Shown here one piece after another: positions 1 through 13,269 of a stretch of 64,000 nt of DNA (positions are counted from its first letter, which is position 1; every line of letters starts with the position of its first letter). A program made the position numbers and the translations under genes. The DNA comes from Octopus sinensis (taxonomy: Eukaryota): the NCBI RefSeq assembly GCF_006345805.1, contig NC_043016.1, positions 24,304,001 through 24,368,000 on the forward strand, given 5' to 3'. The notes beneath the pieces were generated by a model that did not search any database, was not told the origin of the DNA, and saw only the letters and a program-made list of their open reading frames with translations.

Positions 1-1103
1 CTCTCATGCCTTAAGTTGGTTTGTTTCTATTCCTTTGCCTTACCTTAGGCACCAGAATTCTTAGAGATTCAATTTTCAGAAAATGTGAAATGTGGTATAA
101 AAAAGATTTTTTTGTTTTCCTCACATTTTTTTTAAGATACAAGAATGTAGTAATAAACTACAGGGAGAAAGGAAATGATTCTTAACCCTTATTTTATAAT
201 GTGAAACACCCATGAGATAAATCATACTCTGGATAAAACATCAGATAATCTAATACCCTATTACTGACAATTACATAAACTGTGGTAGTAATACAACTGA
301 GGGAGTGAGAGATAAATCTAGTGGTAACTAGGTGGTCTGTGGTAATGTACAATAATAGTGTTGTGTACAGAAACACAACAGAGAGGGTGATAGATAAACC
401 TCCACCAGGGTAACACACCAGTCTATCACAGGTAACATTACCAGATGAGTTGGTGGTACCTAGATGAACTATGGTGACAAAATGCTTGTAGTGTATTTAA
501 ACGCATACACTATCAACAGCCTAATATCTAGGCCATGTCACCTCCACCAAAATGATTAAAGCCTTATTCATGTTATGTTGAAAACACTGCCTAGGTAACA
601 GGCACTGAACTTCTTTCTTGTTTTGCAGTTATATAATAAATAGCTTACTCTCTTCTTTCCATAAACCTATATATAATGAAATTGAATGAAAATTTCAATA
701 ATAAATGTTAAAAATCAATGGAACAATGCATTGATTTCTGGTAAACCAGAAACTAGAAAAGTTATTGTTTCCTCACTTCTTTATTGGTTATTTTCACTGC
801 CTTTTTTTTTCCATTTTTATTTTTATTTTCTTTTATATTTTTAAATAGGATTTTACATTCTATACAAAACACCTCTTGCAAATTTTATGAATAAATTAAT
901 AAAAATTGTTTAATGATATTTTATAACTGCCAATTAATCTAATTAGATATTGCTATCAGAAAATTAACAAAAAAAAAAACGAAAAAATATTGTGTTTTAG
1001 TCTATTCAGAAACTTTCATTATGCCAGTACTTAACTCAAGTTTATGAAGTGGGCGTAACAGAAATCATCCACTGGAAAGGATACAAGTTTAGTGAAAATA
1101 TAT

Positions 1104-1330
1104 CTCTTTACTACCCACAAGGGGCTAAACACAGAGGGGACAAACAAGGACAGACAAACGGATTAAGTCGATTACATCGACCCCCAGTGCATAACTGGTA
1201 CTTAATTTATCGACCCCGAAAGGATGAAAGGCAAAGTCAACCTCGGCAGAATTTGAACTCAGAACGTAACGGCAGATGAAATACGGCTATGCATTTCGCC
1301 CGGCGTGCTAACGTTTCTGCCAGCTCACCG
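1104..1330 (-). mobile_element. SINE (family with head GGCGGTGAGCTGGCAGAA..), near full length
   Basis: Closely matches copies at 31794-32022 (-) and partial copies at about 9455-9620, 9835-10050, 15105-15300, 16235-16355, 27540-27740; sits directly against the Gypsy remnant. Confidence 0.85.
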
Positions 1331-2400
1331 TGCTAAAAAGGACGCAGAAGTCAGAACAAAAATTCTCAAAAAGCTGGAAATGAACCAGGATATAACTCTC
1401 CAGAAACTGTCAGAAGAGTGCGATAGGATATTAAAAGTAAGGCATGACACAGAAGAAATCCAACACAGAGACTGTTTACAGATAAAACCAGTGCAAAAAG
1501 ATGGATAAAGTGTTTTGCAAAAAACACAATATATATCAGGAGATAAATCTATGTATGGTATGTTGTGGTAGGCACCTGAGAAAAGAGTGTCCATTCAAAA
1601 CAGCAGAGTGTTTTCATTATGAGACCACAGGACATGTTAAATTATGCTGCAGAACGAAGATGATGAAAAATTGGAACAAACAAGAAAAAGTAGTTTGTCA
1701 TCAGAGAAAAAAGTTTGCACACTGAATAGAATATTTATAAAGGTGAGAATTGAAACCACTGGCAGCAAAATGCAATTAGACACAGATAGTGACATCTCTA
1801 TCATAAATAAAGAAACATGGCAATAAATCAGTAAGCCAAAATTATTTAAATCAAATAAAATAGTATTTGGTGTTACAGGAACAAAATTATATTTCACGGG
1901 CAAATGTATTTGCAATGTAACTTTTCAAGGTGAAACAAAAAAGGCAATCATTTATGAGTTGAAAAAACCGCTAAACCTATTTGGCACAATACACATGGAG
2001 TTATTTAAAATGTGGAATACTCCCATTTGTGTTCTCTGTCAAAATGTAGTCAGCATGGTTAAAAGTTTGAAGGAAGTCAAACAACTGAAACAAAAAATTT
2101 TTTTTATTGTTTCTAAATGTTTTTTTGGGGGTGAAGGATTAGGCTGTCGCACTAAAACAAAAAGTGAGGATCGTGGTAAAAGAAAAGGCAATATCCGGTC
2201 TTTAGGCCCAAATGGAACACGCCATTTGCAGTGTTAGACCACATCAATAAAGAACTGGAAAGACTAGAGAGTCTAGCTATAATTGAAAAAGTCAACCATT
2301 CAGACTGGGCAGCTCTAATAGTTTATATAAACTAAGAGTGTGTGTGGACTTTTCAACTGGACTAGATGATTGTATGACACATTCCAGGTACCAACACCAT
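1331..2400 (+). mobile_element. Decayed Gypsy LTR-retrotransposon gag-pol remnant (K02A2.6-like)
   Basis: Ordered broken frames: gag DAEVRTKILKKLE, Cys/His knuckle remnant (CMVCCGRHLRKECPFKTAECF..GH), protease-like MQLDTDSDISII (DTG degenerate), RT start (INKELERLESLAIIEKVNHSDWAALIV; CVDFSTGLDDC). No LTR recognised. Confidence 0.8.
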
Positions 2401-2617
2401 TACAGGTGGATGAACCCACACATACAAGAAGAAGAAAAAGGAAGAACACAGAGTTCCTAGAAATAGATGCCAAGAAGAAAAAATATTAAGTTCGAAAAAA
2501 AAAACTGCTAAAAAGGGAGGAGGGGAGAATAAAGTAAAATAAAATTACTTACTTCCTACAGAAAAAAAACTAAAAGGGGAGATAATACATGGACTATATT
2601 TAAGAGATGAGGAATTA

Positions 2618-3395
2618 TGTACATTATTTACTTTTGACGGATATTTGTCCTCATCTTGTTTATTGTTAACACAATGTTTTGGTTGATATACCCTCCAGCT
2701 TTCATCGGGTGTCTTGGGGAAATTTTGAACCTGGGTTCTCATTCCTAAGATATCTGTTGTTGTTGCTGCTGTTGTTGTTCACTGCCTGAAATCAAAGTTG
2801 GGATCTTGGGGTTAGTAGCCCGTGCTCTTAACCACTACACCATATGCCCGTGGGCAATTATGGAGTGTATTTTAGGGCTTATAAATCTAATATTTTCTTA
2901 ACCTTCCTTAATACTGGTTCCCATATGCTATCCATATCTGTACTTGGTCTGCCTAGGAGGGTGTTGTGTCCTAGCATATGTGCTGCTTCTTTTAGTTTTC
3001 GTATTTTCCCGTGGTGTTCTCTGTCTATTATTTCAACTTCATCCCACAGGGGGAGGTGGTCTCAATTTTTTCCATACATGATCAGCTATACCCAATTTAT
3101 CAATATTTCCTTGTGTCACAGCTTTGCGATGTTCCTCTACCTTTATTTTGAGGGTGCAGCATGTTCACCTTTGTATAGCCTACCACAGCTGCATAGGATG
3201 GCGTACAAGCAGTCTTTGGTCATATTCTCTTCTATTGGTGGTTTTACTCAAAGGAGATTTTTGCAAAGTGTTGTATTACTCTTGAATACTGTCCTGATGT
3301 CATATGGGCCGCATATCTTTTGTATCTTTTTGGAGAGGCCTTTCACATTGGGTAGATAGACTGTGGACAGCTTGTTGGTTTCATCCTCTCTTTTC
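2618..3395 (-). mobile_element. Penelope-like element 3' fragment (GIY-YIG endonuclease + pseudo-LTR)
   Basis: Minus-strand translation with breaks: TVYLPNVKGLSKKIQKICGPYDIRTVFKS..CLYAILCSCGRLYKGE..EEHRKA..GIADHVWK..EIIDREHHGKIRKLKEAAHM; downstream segment shared with 15560-15690. Confidence 0.85.
2668..2713 (-). ncRNA. Degenerate minimal type I hammerhead ribozyme motif in Penelope pLTR
   Basis: Reverse complement GACAC-CCGATGA-A-AGCTG-GAGGGTATAT-CAACC-AAAACAT-T-GTGTT; same architecture as 15594-15639, core mutated. Confidence 0.5.
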
Positions 3396-4305
3396 TTCAT
3401 AATTGGAGTGGATAAGCCTTGTGAGTGGATTTGTTTGTGTGTCTTTGTTTGTCCCCCCCAGCATCATTTGACAACCGATGCTGGTGGGTTTGCATCCCTG
3501 TAACTTAGCGGTTCAGCAAAAGAGACCGACAGAATAAGTACTAGGCTTACAAAGAATAAGTCCCAGGGTCGATTTGCTCGACTAAAGGAGGTGCTCCAGC
3601 ATGGTCGCAGTCAAACGACTGAAACAAGTAAAAGAGTATGTATATGCATCGATATATTGCTTAGTTAATTATATTATACTATGTTACATTATTCCATGTT
3701 ATTTTCAGTTATGCTCTCTAATGCCCTGAATAGTTACTACTACTGCTGCTGCTGCTGCTTATGTGAAGAGCATAGTTGTGAGGTATGAAGATGAAGATAT
3801 TCCACTCATTCTTTCTATTGAGATATGCTGCTTCAGTTACCTGCCTTAGTGTTGGATAGCATGTGTGTGCAAATAGGATTTTTATTTAATATTGTATATC
3901 AATCCATCATGATTGTGTAATGCATTTTGGTAGAGCATTATTGCCAATTTACATTATAGCAACACCAATGGTCTTCAGTTTTTCCACCGATTCTATGGGC
4001 CATTTTTCGTACATAGATTGAAAGAAAATAGCCCAATAATAATTAATAAAAGCAATGCCTTGAATGATACATTCCCTCACTTACTTTCTTTTTCTCCTCC
4101 CTATACTCAAAATCCTGGGTAGCAAATATGAACACTTAAAAAGAAATTTGGAAATCCATAATATTAGGGCTATGTTACAACAAGCTGTAGTTCATCTGTC
4201 TCTTTTATGTCTCAGCTTACTTTAAGTGTAAATGAAGTAATCTAATATGTAAAAACAATCTATTTTGGACAATTCTCACATTAACAACACACCACAAGGC
4301 TTTAA

Positions 4306-4526
4306 CATTTTTGTTACGAACCTGGCTGAAACCGGCTCTGGCTCTGAGTACAAATGTCTTGTTTCCGTAAGTTTTGAATTAAAATCTTCCACCAAACCAA
4401 AGTCATAATTCATGTTCCTAACACTAGCTGAATGATAACTAAGTTATTTTACTAAATTCTTTGTTATATCTAAACTTAATAGAAAGAAATACAGAACATC
4501 TCAAAATAAATACAGAAACGAAAGGG
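4306..4526. mobile_element. piggyBac-type MITE
   Basis: TTAA at 4302-4305 and 4527-4530; ends CATTTTTGTTAC / GAAACGAAAGGG resemble the termini of the element at 49337-50411. Confidence 0.7.
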
Positions 4527-5157
4527 TTAATATTGTAAGATTATTTAGAATCAAGAACATAGCATGTACACTCACTAGATTATCAAAAATTTTTTTGATT
4601 TAGGCCACAAGAAACAAAGATGTGAATATACAGAGTAAGCTTTAAATATGCACGCACATACAATTATTAAAGTAATCTTTGTTAATGAATGTGTGGTGAA
4701 TTAAAATATCTTCTTTGTTAATGAGTTATAAAAACCCTGATCTTGTACTTTCTTTCTTCAGTATTCTCAATAATCAGAAATTAGGCATTTCTGTGCCTAA
4801 GGCTTTAAGAGAATACACTTGCCCAAAATGTCACACAGTGGAACTGAACTTGAAACAATGTGGTTGGGAAGCAAGCTTCTCACCACACAATCATACCTGC
4901 ACCTATATCATCATCATCATCATCATCATCATCATTATTTAACGTCTGCTTTACATGCTGGCATGGGTTAGATAGTTTGAATGGAAATGGTAAGCTGGAG
5001 GGCTGCACCAAATGCCAGTCTGATTTGGTATGGTTTCTATGGCTGGATGCCCTTCCTAATGTCAACCATACCGAGAGTGTAATGGCTGCTTTTTTACAAG
5101 CCACCAACACACACACAAGCGTGCGGGCAACACACACACACACACAACACACACACA

Positions 5158-5196
<39 letters not shown>

Positions 5197-5899
5197 CGTG
5201 TTTATAAATATAAACATATATCATATAAGCACTCTGTAGAGTGGTTGACATTTGAAAGGATATCCAGCCGTAAAAAGCATGCCAAAGCAGACCTTACCTG
5301 TGCTGATGCCATGTAAAAAAAAGCACCCAGTCCACTTCATAAAGTGGTTGGCATTATGAATGAATGGCATCCAGCTGTAAAAAACCATGTCATAAGAGAC
5401 AGCAAAGCCTGGTGCAATCCTCTGGCTTGCACCTCCTGCCAAACCATTCTAACCAATGCCAGCAAGAAAGATGGACTTTAAATGGTGATGATGATGATAT
5501 ATTTATTATATGATGGCCTTCCTTAAATTTTCCATCAACAAATCCCGTGCACAAGGCAATGGGATAGAACCCAAAATGTTGTGGCTACAAACTGAACTCT
5601 GCACGACCACAGCCATGCCTGCTGCTATTCTAAATTAACAGCATGAACAAACGCCTAATGTAGCCTTTCCTATGTAATGCATTCATTTAAATGGTATTTA
5701 ATTTTAAACATAAGAAGGAACAGACTCAAAAACTTTAATGAAAAAAAAAAGATTATTAAAAAAAGGCATCAAAGAATAAGTGTGTGTTTAATTAAATTTA
5801 CAAACCAAAATAAGAATACCCCACCAAAAAACGGCTACTTGAATTGGTTGGCATGAATATATTCACAAATACATTGCCAACCACTGGCCGACAGACATG

Positions 5900-6119
5900 C
5901 TGCCTCTATCTCTCTCTCTCTCTCTCTCACCCCTCTCCCTTCACCCACACCCTCTCTCCTTCACCCCTCACCTTCACCCTCTCTCTCCCTCCCTCACCTC
6001 CTCTCTCCCCTCACCCCAATCTCCCCCCCTCTCTCTCTCTCTCTCTATCTATCTATCTATATATATATATATACTTATCTATCTATCTTCTTTTCTATCT
6101 ATCTATCTATCTATCTATG

Positions 6120-6183
<64 letters not shown>

Positions 6184-6243
6184 CCTTTCTATCTATCTAT
6201 TTATCTATCTATCTACTTATCTATCTATCTTCCTTTCTATCTA

Positions 6244-6304
<61 letters not shown>

Positions 6305-6308
6305 CTAG

Positions 6309-6372
<64 letters not shown>
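5900..6372. repeat. Compound (TC)n/(TCTA)n microsatellite
   Basis: Direct reading; source of the spurious long ORFs 5844-6601. Confidence 0.95.
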
Positions 6373-6848
6373 TGCTTTCTTTTCTACCCCTATTATAATG
6401 GCTTCTGGCCTTTGCCATCTTCTCTCAATCACTCCTAATTATTTTTTTCTCTTTCAACCTCATCGACCTCCCCTCGGAACCACATTAAATATTACACCAG
6501 GCCCTTCTGAAAAATTACATTCGCCCTTCAGAAATTCATTCCATCTACATGTCTTTCCCCTAGTCTTCAACTTCCAAATGTTGAAGACAAATGTTAACTG
6601 AGTCAGTCTTCCCAGTTTCAGAAGAAGGGTCTGTGATGGCCATGGGTACACACACACACACACACACACATGCACGCACACACACACACACACACACACA
6701 GAGTACCCTCTGTCAGACTGAAATAATAAAAAAGATAAAAAGATATTTACATGAACATTTTTATGTAAAAAATAGATAATTTACTAGAGCAGAAAAGTAA
6801 GCCTTATGTTGCAAATTTTCCACTTTAATACAATTAAAATTACTTATT

Positions 6849-6920
<72 letters not shown>

Positions 6921-8399
6921 CGCCACCACCACCACCATCACCACAGCAGCTGCTGCTAAGGAGCATTGTTGATTTGAAACAAACTTTACAAGTACAGAAA
7001 TGCTGCTAGATGAGACTGACCAGATACAAAGCAACAAAATGGTACTGCAGCATCCAAGAATTACTTGCTTAGATGGAGGGGTGTGGGCATCAGCTGTTGT
7101 AGTATGTAGGACAGATCTGGTTTTTGGTTGGTTTTCTTGTGAAGATGGCCCCATTACCCTCTTTTAATATTTCTGGGAAGATAGTTTTCTTCTATCAGGT
7201 ATCTATAGCAAAAAAAAAAACCCCAAAAAACAATGGTCCTGTGTTAGATGAAGCTAAAAGAATTTAGAGCAGAAGATATATTCCTCTTTGGTCAAGTACT
7301 CGTCAACCTTTTCAAATTCATTATCATCATCATTTAACATGTTTTCCATGCTGACATGGTAGGACAGTTTTACAGGAACTGGCAAGCCAAAGGACTGCAC
7401 CAAGATCCACTGTCTGCTTTGGCTGCCAGATGCCCTTCTAATGCCAACCACTTTACAGAATGTACTGGGTGCTTTTTATGTAGCCCCAGGATGAAGGAAC
7501 TGAGTGTAGGGAAGGAAGAATTTTCCTCCAGTGAACAACAGGTGGGTGATGGCTCAAGCTCTTGGTAGTCAGAATGGTCTTGGATTTGACTGGTTCCTTG
7601 ACTGGATCTAGTTGGAAGCTCCCCTGGATGAAGAAGACTGTGTTCACTTAGTTTGTATACTATATAGACCTTCTATCTCCATTCTCTCTTCTGCTTATCA
7701 AGGAATAATGAAGTTTGAGAACACACCCTGACATTGTCACTACCATATTTAGCTGTGTTTTCAGTTATTGGCACCCATTTTTATATAATGCAAGGTAGCC
7801 ATGTTTCTCCTTATAACAAAACATCTGTTCTTGTCCCTCTCGACACCTGGCCACCTCTCCTCTGAAGTACACCCTCATTCAGTTAGTCATTTAGTGAACT
7901 CACTAGTAGCATCAGTGACATGAAAATAAAAGCATTCAGTACATTATGTAAAGTGGTTGGCATTAGGAAAGGCGTCAAGCTCGACATTGTCTTCTGGCTC
8001 ATAAAATCTTGTCAAGCTGTCCAGCTTATGTCAGCATGGAATACAGACATTAAGTAGTGGTGATGATGATGATGATGATGATGAGGAGGATGACGACGAC
8101 GGCGGCGGCGGCAGTGGCGGTGGCGGCAGTGGCGGTGGCGGCAGCGGCGATGGCAGCTGAGAGATAGCAGTGGTGATGATGGTGACAATGTATGGTGATG
8201 GTCAGTTGGCAGCGTTGCTAGAATGTCAGGTGGAATGTTTTGCAATTTATTCCTTGGGGTTCTCTGTGCCCCAAGTTCAAATATTACTAAAGTCAACTTT
8301 GCTTTTCATCCTTTCAGGTTCGATAAAGTAGCAGTCAATACTGACGTCAGTTCTCTCTCTCTTACACACACACACACACATACAAACACCATGCTCTCA

Positions 8400-8722
8400 C
8401 ACTGACACTCCACTGGTTATGGCAATGAGTACTCCAATTGATCTGATCAACAGTTCAGGCTGCTCATCAAATTAACATGCAAGAGGCCAAGTACTCCACA
8501 GACATGCATACCCTTAACATAGTTCTTAGAGATTCAGTATGACGCAGAATGTGCCAAGGTTAGTCCTTTGAAATACAGTTGCTACTCATTTTTGCCAGCT
8601 GCATGGACTGGAACAATATGAAATAAAGTGTCTTGCTCAAGGAAAGAATATGCTGCCAGGAATCGAACTCACACAACCTTACAACCATGAGCCAAATACT
8701 CTAACCATTAAGCCATGTGCCT
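8400..8722 (-). mobile_element. tRNA-derived SINE
   Basis: Reverse-complement homolog of 59223-59530 (A-box-like GGCTTAATGGTTAG head, B-box-like GTTCGATTCC). Confidence 0.75.
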
Positions 8723-9624
8723 TAACACACACACACTTTTGCTGCTGAAGAAATTGGTTTCTTCAGGCAACACTTGAAGAAATTAATGATAGCTAAAGAT
8801 GAGGCACTGCCCTTTAATAAGATTTCTCAAAGTGGTTGGAATAGATGGGTTGGTGAGTTAAATGGGTTGATTCTATCTATATATCCATAAGCTGGCAGCA
8901 AGAACTGACAGACGGAACTTGTTTTGATGTGTCAAAGTAATCCAGGGTTATGAGTGGGGATATCCTGAATCACTCTTGGTCATCACTTCTTTTGGGGTTA
9001 TTTCTTCTTGCAATTGTTATTCTTTGTAATTCTTGATTCCCCCCCCCCCCCCCGCTTTTTTTTTTATTCAATACAAGTCCCTTGTTGGTTTTGCATTTTG
9101 TCATTGTACTATACCTAGCATCTTTGCCCTTCTGGCAAATGAATGAGATTATTATTTGCTCAGTGTGTTGACTATTCTACCAGCTCACTGCCTTAACAAC
9201 AACAACAACAGCAGCAGCAACAACGATGACAACAACAATAATAGTGGTTTCTAATTTAGGCCCAAGGCTAGCAATTTCAAATAGAGAAAGAGTTAGTGAA
9301 TACAAGCAACTAACATGCCCTTCATCCTTCAGAGGTTAATAAAATATAATGCCAGTCAAGTACTAATCAACTAGTCATCTCCCCCAAATTTGAGGCCTTG
9401 TGTCTCTAGCAGAAATGATTATAGTTATTGTTGGTGTTGGTGGTGATATTATTAAGGTGGTGAGCTGGCAGAAGTGTTAACATGCTGAGTAAAATGCTTA
9501 GCATTGCATTCTGAGTTCAAATTCTGCTGAGGTCAACTTAGCCTTTCATCCTTTTGAATACTGGGGTTGATTATATCAACTGGCCTTTTCCCCAAAAATT
9601 TCAGGTCTTGTGCCTATAATAGAA

Positions 9625-9631
9625 AGAATTA

Positions 9632-9707
<76 letters not shown>

Positions 9708-9752
9708 TATTATATTATTATTATTATTATTATTATCATTATTATATTATTA

Positions 9753-9817
<65 letters not shown>

Positions 9818-9830
9818 TATTATAGTTATT
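9625..9830. repeat. (ATT)n microsatellite
   Basis: Direct reading. Confidence 0.95.
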
Positions 9831-10170
9831 ACTATAAAGGTGGCGAGCTGACTTTTATCACTTGCACATTAGACAAAATGTGGCATTTTTTCTGGCTCTT
9901 TACATCCTGAGTTCAAATTTCTCCAAGGTCAATTTTGCCTTTTTCCCTTTAGGGCCAATAAAATAAAGTTCCAAGCAAGTACTGGGGATTCATTGTAACT
10001 GACTGACAAAACCCTCCCTCCAATATTGTGAGCTTTCTGCCTTAATTGGAAACCATTCTTCATATCATTATTATTGTTGTTGTTGTTGTTGTTATAATTA
10101 TTTTCTGAAAGGCGAGTCTTGAATTTCTACTCCTCTGTGGAACTGATATGTTTGTTGCTGGCATTATTCC

Positions 10171-10252
10171 CTATATTTTCACAAATGTGTCCTGTCGTGT
10201 AACAGAACTGACCCTTGATGGAGTCTGCGGATAAGCTAATTCTTCTGGTTCC
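10171..10252 (-). CDS. Candidate alternative terminal exon, (R)EPEELAYPQTPSRVSSVTRQDTFVKI*
   Basis: tgttgtcctaatag|G acceptor, phase 2, 26 codons then TAG; protein-like composition and higher GC than flanks. No homology recognised. Confidence 0.35.
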
Positions 10253-11149
10253 CTATTAGGACAACATTTTTATTTGTTCTCCATAATTTTTTTTAAAATA
10301 CAGTGTAAAAAAATTAAATTAAAAAAACAAAACAAAACAAAACAAAGCAAGCATTTATTTTAATAATATGATGATTTTTTTTGTGTTTACAAATAAATGA
10401 AAAGTAAAATAAAAATTTAAAAAAAAGACAGTGAAACATCTCCCTCTTCACTAAGACAAATGAAGGTAAAAAAACAAAACATGCAACTTAACCCCTCTCA
10501 CTCCGACAATCTCTGACATCAGCATTGACATTATAACCAGCAACCACACCACCACCACCGCCACCACCTCCACCACTATCAACTGCAACACCTCTGTCAG
10601 CCATATTGAAGAGGGTGGCGGCTAGGACGACAGTGAAGAGATTAGCAGCAGAATTTTAATGTCTTCTACAGATGAAAATACCAACAACAGCAATAACAAC
10701 AACAACAACAACTCTACCCCCATCACTACCTTCACCACAATCAGTAACAACAGCAGCACCAGCAACACAATAATACCTGTGCCAGCAATACAAAGAATAA
10801 CAAGATTTTCAAACGTTTCCTTAAAAGAGGGAATATTTATGTAACTAACGGGATCCTGTGAAGAATGACTCAAAACTGATATCCATATGGTAGGAAAGAA
10901 ATAAAAGGAAGATTGTGGAGCCAGGTCTAATATCATCTTCCAGAAGAAGAGCTACCAAGGGAAAAGAGGGAGAAAGGTGTCTTATGACTAGATTTAGAAA
11001 AATTTCTGACTGGTTCAGTACCAAAAGCCAGCAAAGGCTGGGAAATACCACCAAGGGGTTTGAAATATTGTATGGTACATGAAAAGAAAAGAGAAAAGAA
11101 AACAATGTACAGTGGAGCTACTATGCTGAGTGAGAAAAGAAAGAAAATG

Positions 11150-12800
11150 TTTTCAATCATATGTTCATTAGACAAGTTTGCCTTCTTCCTAGAATAAATT
11201 CAATGGCAAACATCCAACATCACACTATAGGAGATACCACTATTGTTGGACCTGGTGATAATGGAAGCAGAATATGACAAAGTGATTAGAACTAGATCCA
11301 ACGTCAAGGTGATTAGGTTGACAGGAGGAGAAGTAATCCTTGAGGTACTGCTACAAGCAACACCTGTATATTTGGTGAGGATTCCTGACCTTGTTGGGAT
11401 ATAGGTTTGCATTCTGGTGGAGGGTAGGAGGTTCAGCTGTTACAATTCTGGTTGCAAGAACCACTTGAAGTCACTTACTCTTTGATGAATGGGAAGAATG
11501 CATGACTCTCTATATTCATGATTTCCATCATGTTATATCATAAAAGGTAGCAGCATCAGTATTCCTAGGCAACAATAACTGCAGCAGTATCTGAAGCAGA
11601 GCTACAAAACTGGAAAGGACCTGTCAGACCAACAACCAAAAAAATGTCAGATGAGTGCACTCACTGCAAAAAAAAAAAAAGAAAAGAAAAGGAAAAAAGT
11701 GGTTAAATACAAATATGGAAACAAAGACCATGAAGACAAACAAAAGGTGCTTGTGTTGAAAGTTGTTTTTGCTGTTCTCTTGCTCTGATGTTTCATTTGG
11801 TGACAAAGGGAAAAGAAATGACCATGGCAAAAGGTTGTGATAGTGGTGATTAAGGGGAAAAAGAAAGCCTGTGACAGTCACACTTCAATTAAAGCAGGAA
11901 AGGTTTACCAAAATATCCAGGAACCTGTCAACCATCTACCCACCACCACCACCACCAAAGTACCATCACAACTACTACCACCATCACCACCAAAACCACC
12001 ATCACTACCACAACTGCCATCACTATCCTAACCAGCATCCACCAAAATAACAACATTAACAACAAAAGCTAAACTCACAAGCACACTAATGACAAAAGTT
12101 GTAACAAAAAAAAAAAGAAAAAACACACACACAAGCATAACAACCACAGAAAAAACATCAAAAGCAGCAACAACAACAGCCAAACACCTAACGCTACCCT
12201 TCTCCAACTCACTGTTGTAAAGAGAAACAGGAAAGAGATGATGAAGTATGTAAGTAACACAGTACAAACAAAGGGAGTGATTTGAGGATTTAAGAAGCTC
12301 ATCTTCCAAACACACAAAGACTCCAACTGAAAATGACAGAAATCTACATAATCCTAAGAAGAGATTTCCCATGTGATGTGGAAATTTCCCAATATAGACT
12401 GGATAAGAAATTTTGTGGTGAGCTTTCCAAGAAAAATCACTCTAGCAAGAATACTGGATCATCCATTCTTCAAAGTCAAGGTAAGTGATCTCTCACTTTT
12501 TATCCATATATGGCCATACTAAGAATTGGTTCCATAAGTGCAAATGGTTTGCAGTAAGGCCTGGATGTAAGGTGCTTGCTTAACAATCTCATGTCACAGG
12601 TCACAGATCACTGGATTTGTATAAGGTGGTCATCAACTTCCTGCATACAGTGACTTACACTTCTTTTTGACAACTGCAAGGTATACACATCTTTCAATCA
12701 AGGTGATGATGTTGTTTTGAAAAGATCTGCATCTTTGGAAAGATCTGCAGCTTTAGAAAGACCTGGTTCAGACAATCTTCCAGAGCCTTCATAGTAGTGA
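11150..12800 (+). mobile_element. Heavily decayed retroelement-like remnant, possibly Penelope RT, split by low-complexity repeats
   Basis: Weak motif echoes in the expected order across frames: GDTTIV..EYDKVI..LDPT, DSLYS, ILDHPFF, MAI..G..AN, GDDVV. All broken. Confidence 0.25.
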
Positions 12801-13269
12801 AGGTGGTGCATTTAGACAAATGGTTGTTTATTCCCTGGCTGAAATCAGGTGACTGACCTCTTCACATGACTAGAAACACTTTTATGAACATCCTACTCGT
12901 TTCTGCTATATCATAGGAACATTGCAGAAGAATGCAGAGAGTGTGTGAAAGTTTCCATCGTGGAGTGGGTGGTAAAAGCTTCACAAACTTAATCAAGCAT
13001 TTCCAGTTCTCTGTAGGTTTTGAATGGATTTTCCAAATGTGTTGTGGATGTGGACAAACTACAAAGGGTCAACCAGATCCCATCTACAAAGAGTAATTGT
13101 TAAGTCAGTGATAGGAACCAGGGTTGTGGCTGGTCATTTACACTGAACACAAGTTTGTGATCTGCACAGTTAATTTAGATGGGATGCATAAACAAAGGAT
13201 CTGCTAATGGAAGCTGAATGCATCATTCCCAGCAATAGTTAGACAATGACAACAAAACAAGAGTTAAGT

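Noticed and set aside
5844-6601. Long ORFs (154 and 234 aa)
   Set aside because: Translations of (TC)n/(TCTA)n microsatellite.
6530-6717. Strong minus-strand acceptor (tttttattatttcag) with downstream peptide PMAITDPSSETGKTDSVNICLQHLEVED*
   Set aside because: The frame joining acceptor to peptide hits TGA immediately, and a (TG)n tract intervenes; not supportable.
11200-12480. Kinase-pseudogene reading (HPNI..LYE, ILDHPFF)
   Set aside because: No HRD, DFG or APE motifs found; needs several assumed frameshifts.
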